Assembly (NCBI GenBank): GCA_965249575.1
Contig: OZ252244.1
Location: forward strand, 640,001-704,000
Reading direction: 5' to 3'
Source: Gemmatimonadales bacterium
GTDB taxonomy: Bacteria; Gemmatimonadota; Gemmatimonadetes; Gemmatimonadales; GWC2-71-9
DNA: 64,000 nucleotides
In this document: positions 60,895-64,000 of the stretch, one piece after another
How positions within the stretch are numbered: the first letter of the stretch is position 1
How the letters are laid out: each line of letters begins with the position of its first letter
Translations under genes and position numbers: made by a program
Notes under the pieces: generated by a model
The model's database searches: none
Seen by the model: the letters and a program-made list of their open reading frames with translations, nothing else
What the model was told of the DNA's origin: nothing

Positions 60895-62132
60895 GTGGTC
60901 ACCCCGTTTGCCGAAGGTGTCGGTATCGCATTGAACGCGCTGCGAGCCAACAAGGTTCGAGCAGCGCTCACTATCCTCGGTATAGCGGTCGGCGTCGCAG
61001 CTGTGATGATCATCGCCGCAATGATCACTGGAATCAACCGGCAGGTAACCGACATGCTCGAGCAGGCCGGCCCTCGCACCTTCTTCGTGTTCCGGTACTT
61101 CCGCGGCGGTCTCCAGATCTCCGACGGATCCGAGGAGATGAGTCCATGGCGACGGATGCCCCCGCTGACGACCAGCGAAGCCCGGCAGATTGCCTCCCTC
61201 CCGGGCGTCCGTTTCGTGGCCTACGGCGAGCACGCGGACGCGGCGGTGGAGGTCGGAACGGAGCGGCTGTCGTCAGTGCGGGTCGGCGGATTCAATCACG
61301 CGTGGCCACAGGCGTCGGGAGGCGACGTGTTTTCCGGCCGGTCGTTCACCGCGCTCGAAGACGCGGCGGGGGCTCGCGTTGCCGTGGCGCATACGGCATT
61401 GGCCGAACGGCTGTTCGGCACTCGGAACGCCGTTGGGCACCGCCTCAAGATCGCGGGTCTGCCGTACGAGATCGGCGGCGTCTATGCACCTCCTGCGGAG
61501 CTCTTCGGTGAAGATGACGCGCTGGCCGTGACCATACCATACGCCGCCTTCGCGAAGCACGTGCCACATACCCGGGGGTGGCTTGAGTTCCGTGTGGCGC
61601 CCGCCGCGAGCAGGACGGTTCAGGAGGCCATCGACGAGGTGACCGGCGCACTTCGCTCGCTCCGCGGGCTCAGACCGGCCGACGAGAACACGTTCGCGGT
61701 CGTAACGCAGGACAAGCTGCTGGAGACCTTCCATCGCGTAACGGGAGCCTTCTTCGTCGTGATGATTGCACTTTCGAGCGTGGCCCTGCTGGTGGGCGGA
61801 GTCGGGGTCGTCGCGATCATGATGATCCCGTCACCGAGCGCACCCGTGAGATCGGTGTGCGCAAGGCACTTGGGGCGACGCGGCGAGAGATCCTCTGGCA
61901 GTTCCTCGTCGAGGCGGCGACCCTCACGCTGGTGGGTGCCGCGACCGGGCTGGTCGTCGGAGGGTTGATCGCTCTCGTGGTCGAGCACACCACGCCCATT
62001 CCAGCGACCGTTCCGCTATGGTCCGTCGGCACCGCCCTGGGCGCCGCCGCCCTCACCGGCGTCGGGTTCGGGCTGTACCCCGCCGCACGCGCGGCCCGGC
62101 TCGACCCGATTGACGCCCTCCGACACGAATAG
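60895..62132 (+). CDS. MacB/FtsX-like ABC permease (2 of 4), 1-nt frameshift near 61828
   Basis: RANKVRAALT...GVVAIMMI, then the next frame gives VTERTREIGVRKALGA...AARLDPIDALRHE. Confidence 0.88.
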
Positions 62133-62216
62133 CCCGAGCGCATAGACGCCACATTCGGCCCTCCCCCGGACCCCCACGACTGTTCCTCCCCCCCCTTTGG
62201 CGTCTACCTTTCGGCC

Positions 62217-63461
62217 ATGCCAATCGAGGAAGCCATCCGCCTCGCCCTCGAAACCATCGGCCGGCACAAGCTGCGGTCGTTCTTCACGCTACTCGGTATC
62301 ATCGTTTCGGTCGCATTCCTCGTCGCCGTCGTCGCGGTCATTCAGGGCATGAATCAATACGTCCGCGAGAATCTGTCCGGTGCGATCATCGGGACCAACG
62401 CGTTTCAAATCCGCCGCACGCCGATCGCTGTCGGACTCATCGACGACGAGGAATGGCAGCGGCTCCAGCGCCGCCCCATCGTCGACTCCCGGGACGCGGA
62501 ATACGTCCGGCGGGCGCTTCCGGATGCCCGCGCCATCGCCCGGCAATCCGGCTGGCCCACGCCACGTATCGACGTCCACTGGCGAAACCGAACCGTCGGA
62601 GACGTCCTCGTATTTGGGGTCACGGCGCCATTTCAGGTGGTTCAGGACTACAGCTTCGCCGCGGGCGAACCGCTGTCGGACGTCGACGTCCGGGAGCGCC
62701 GCTACGTCGGCGTCATCGGCTGGGACATCGCCGACAAGCTGTTCGGAGGTGCCGCACAGGCAATCGGTCAAACGATACGGGTCGGGACGCTTCCAGTGCG
62801 GATCAAAGGCGCTGCGGACCAAAAAGGATCGGTACTCGGGCAGTCGTTCGACGGATTCGTGCTCCTCCCCCTGACGACCTTCGAAAGCATCTACGGCAGG
62901 CGGCTGACTAGCGTGATCGGCGTGAAGATGGCGGACGGCGAATCCCTCCCGAGTGGCATGGCGCGGGCGGAGGAAGCCATGCGCATCGCCCGGGGGCTCA
63001 GACCGACCGAGGCAAACGATTTCACCGTCGACAAGGCCGACGCCTTGGTGAGCTTCTGGACGTCGCTCACCGGGGTCCTGTTCACCATCATCCCTGCAGT
63101 GGTGGCTATCGGCATCGTGGTGGGCGGGATCGTGATCATGAACATCATGCTGATGACGGTGCGCGAGCGAACCCGTGAGATCGGCATCCGCAAATCCCTC
63201 GGCGCAAACCGACGGGACATCCGAAGGCAGTTCTTGGCGGAATCCGTGACCCTAGCTCTGCTCGGTGGAATCTGCGGCATCGGGCTTGGCTGGATACTGG
63301 CGCAGGTGATTGGAGGGCTCTCTCCTCTCCCTGCACGCGTCACGTGGTGGTCCGTGACCCTTGCTCTGGCGCTCGGAGGCAGCGTTGGGGTCGTGTTCGG
63401 CGTTTACCCCGCTACCCGCGCCGCTCGCCTCGATCCTATCGACGCTCTCAGAGCCGAGTGA
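62217..63461 (+). CDS. MacB/FtsX-like ABC permease (3 of 4)
   Basis: HKLRSFFTLLG, MNIMLMTVRERTREIGIRKSLGA. Confidence 0.92.
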   Translation: MPIEEAIRLALETIGRHKLRSFFTLLGIIVSVAFLVAVVAVIQGMNQYVRENLSGAIIGTNAFQIRRTPIAVGLIDDEEWQRLQRRPIVDSRDAEYVRRALPDARAIARQSGWPTPRIDVHWRNRTVGDVLVFGVTAPFQVVQDYSFAAGEPLSDVDVRERRYVGVIGWDIADKLFGGAAQAIGQTIRVGTLPVRIKGAADQKGSVLGQSFDGFVLLPLTTFESIYGRRLTSVIGVKMADGESLPSGMARAEEAMRIARGLRPTEANDFTVDKADALVSFWTSLTGVLFTIIPAVVAIGIVVGGIVIMNIMLMTVRERTREIGIRKSLGANRRDIRRQFLAESVTLALLGGICGIGLGWILAQVIGGLSPLPARVTWWSVTLALALGGSVGVVFGVYPATRAARLDPIDALRAE

Positions 63462-63468
63462 CTGCGCC

Positions 63469-64000
63469 GTGAAGATCGCGAGTGTCGCTGAGGGCGCGCT
63501 GATCGCGGCTGGATCGATACGGGCCAACAAGCTCCGTTCGGGCTTGACCATTCTCGGGGTCGTCATCGGCGTTGCGACCGTGATGGCCATGGCGTCGATC
63601 GTACAGGGTCTGAGATCGCAAATCATCAACACGATCGAGATCGCGGGTCCGACGACGTTCTATGTCGTAAGGTTCTTCTCGCAGACCCCCCTCAACCCGG
63701 ACGACCTCCCGCGCGAGGTCCGGATCCGACCCGTCCTCAAGGCCGAAGAGGCCGAAGCAATTGCCCGCCTCCCGGAAATCGCCTATGGCGCGATGTGGAT
63801 CCAGCTGTTCCAGCGAATGGACTATCAGGGCACGCGAACCCAAATCCTGACGATCTTCGCGGCGGACGACCGATACATGGAGATCCAGGGCGGCACCCTG
63901 TTGGGCGGCCGCTTCTTCACGCAGGCGGAGATACGGGGCGGCGCCCCAGTCGTCGTCATCGAGTCGACTACCGCCGGGACGCTGCTCGGTGACGTAAATC
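63469..64000 (+). CDS. MacB/FtsX-like ABC permease (4 of 4), runs off the window end
   Basis: Manual translation from GTG 63469: MKIASVAEGALIAAGSIRANKLRSGLTILGVVIGVATVMAMAS. Confidence 0.85.
   Translation, partial: MKIASVAEGALIAAGSIRANKLRSGLTILGVVIGVATVMAMASIVQGLRSQIINTIEIAGPTTFYVVRFFSQTPLNPDDLPREVRIRPVLKAEEAEAIARLPEIAYGAMWIQLFQRMDYQGTRTQILTIFAADDRYMEIQGGTLLGGRFFTQAEIRGGAPVVVIESTTAGTLLGDVN

Noticed and set aside
675..63992. Many long antisense or alternate-frame ORFs in the six-frame track
   Set aside because: They overlap well-supported genes and are Arg/Pro/Ala-rich shadow ORFs typical of high-GC DNA
1..64000. tRNA, rRNA, tmRNA and IS transposases
   Set aside because: No recognisable signatures found by eye; a covariance-model scan would be needed to exclude them fully

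Overview
GC-rich bacterial window; the gene content (DUF2911, creatininase next to a large membrane kinase, TolC plus several MacB-like permeases) suggests Gemmatimonadota, which is an inference. Left to right: (1) 1-7.7 kb is the right-hand end of an integrative element. Its large serine recombinase, interrupted by one in-frame TAG, abuts a 5'-only yifB/comM (Mg-chelatase-like) gene cut at the NLAPA motif. (2) 9.9-22.5 kb is an unusual catabolic cluster: class-III aminotransferase, fused 2Fe-2S/FAD oxidoreductase plus DAO-type subunit, CUT1 ABC transporter, DHDPS-family lyase, DAP-decarboxylase-like enzyme and two SDRs. (3) 26.6-27.8 kb holds a probable exported selenoprotein (AhpC/TSA-like, W-U-P-Y-C, with a SECIS-like hairpin) followed by a TlpA. 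(4) 27.9-34.6 kb is a Gfo/Idh/MocA-TRAP-D-aminoacylase-M20 operon. (5) Next come a HicB-like gene with a non-HicA partner, an M16 protease, dinB and a PP-loop ATPase. (6) 40.5-47.5 kb is a glycosyltransferase cluster with an HprK-like kinase and a truncated nucleotidyltransferase-like gene. (7) The rest holds a TonB receptor, msrPQ, an aminotransferase, a broken histidine kinase, creatininase and a TolC-adaptor-4xMacB locus. Several small frameshifts and four abrupt gene-to-gene junctions suggest long-read or assembly errors, so pseudogene calls are provisional. All family assignments come from motifs read by eye, not from database searches.
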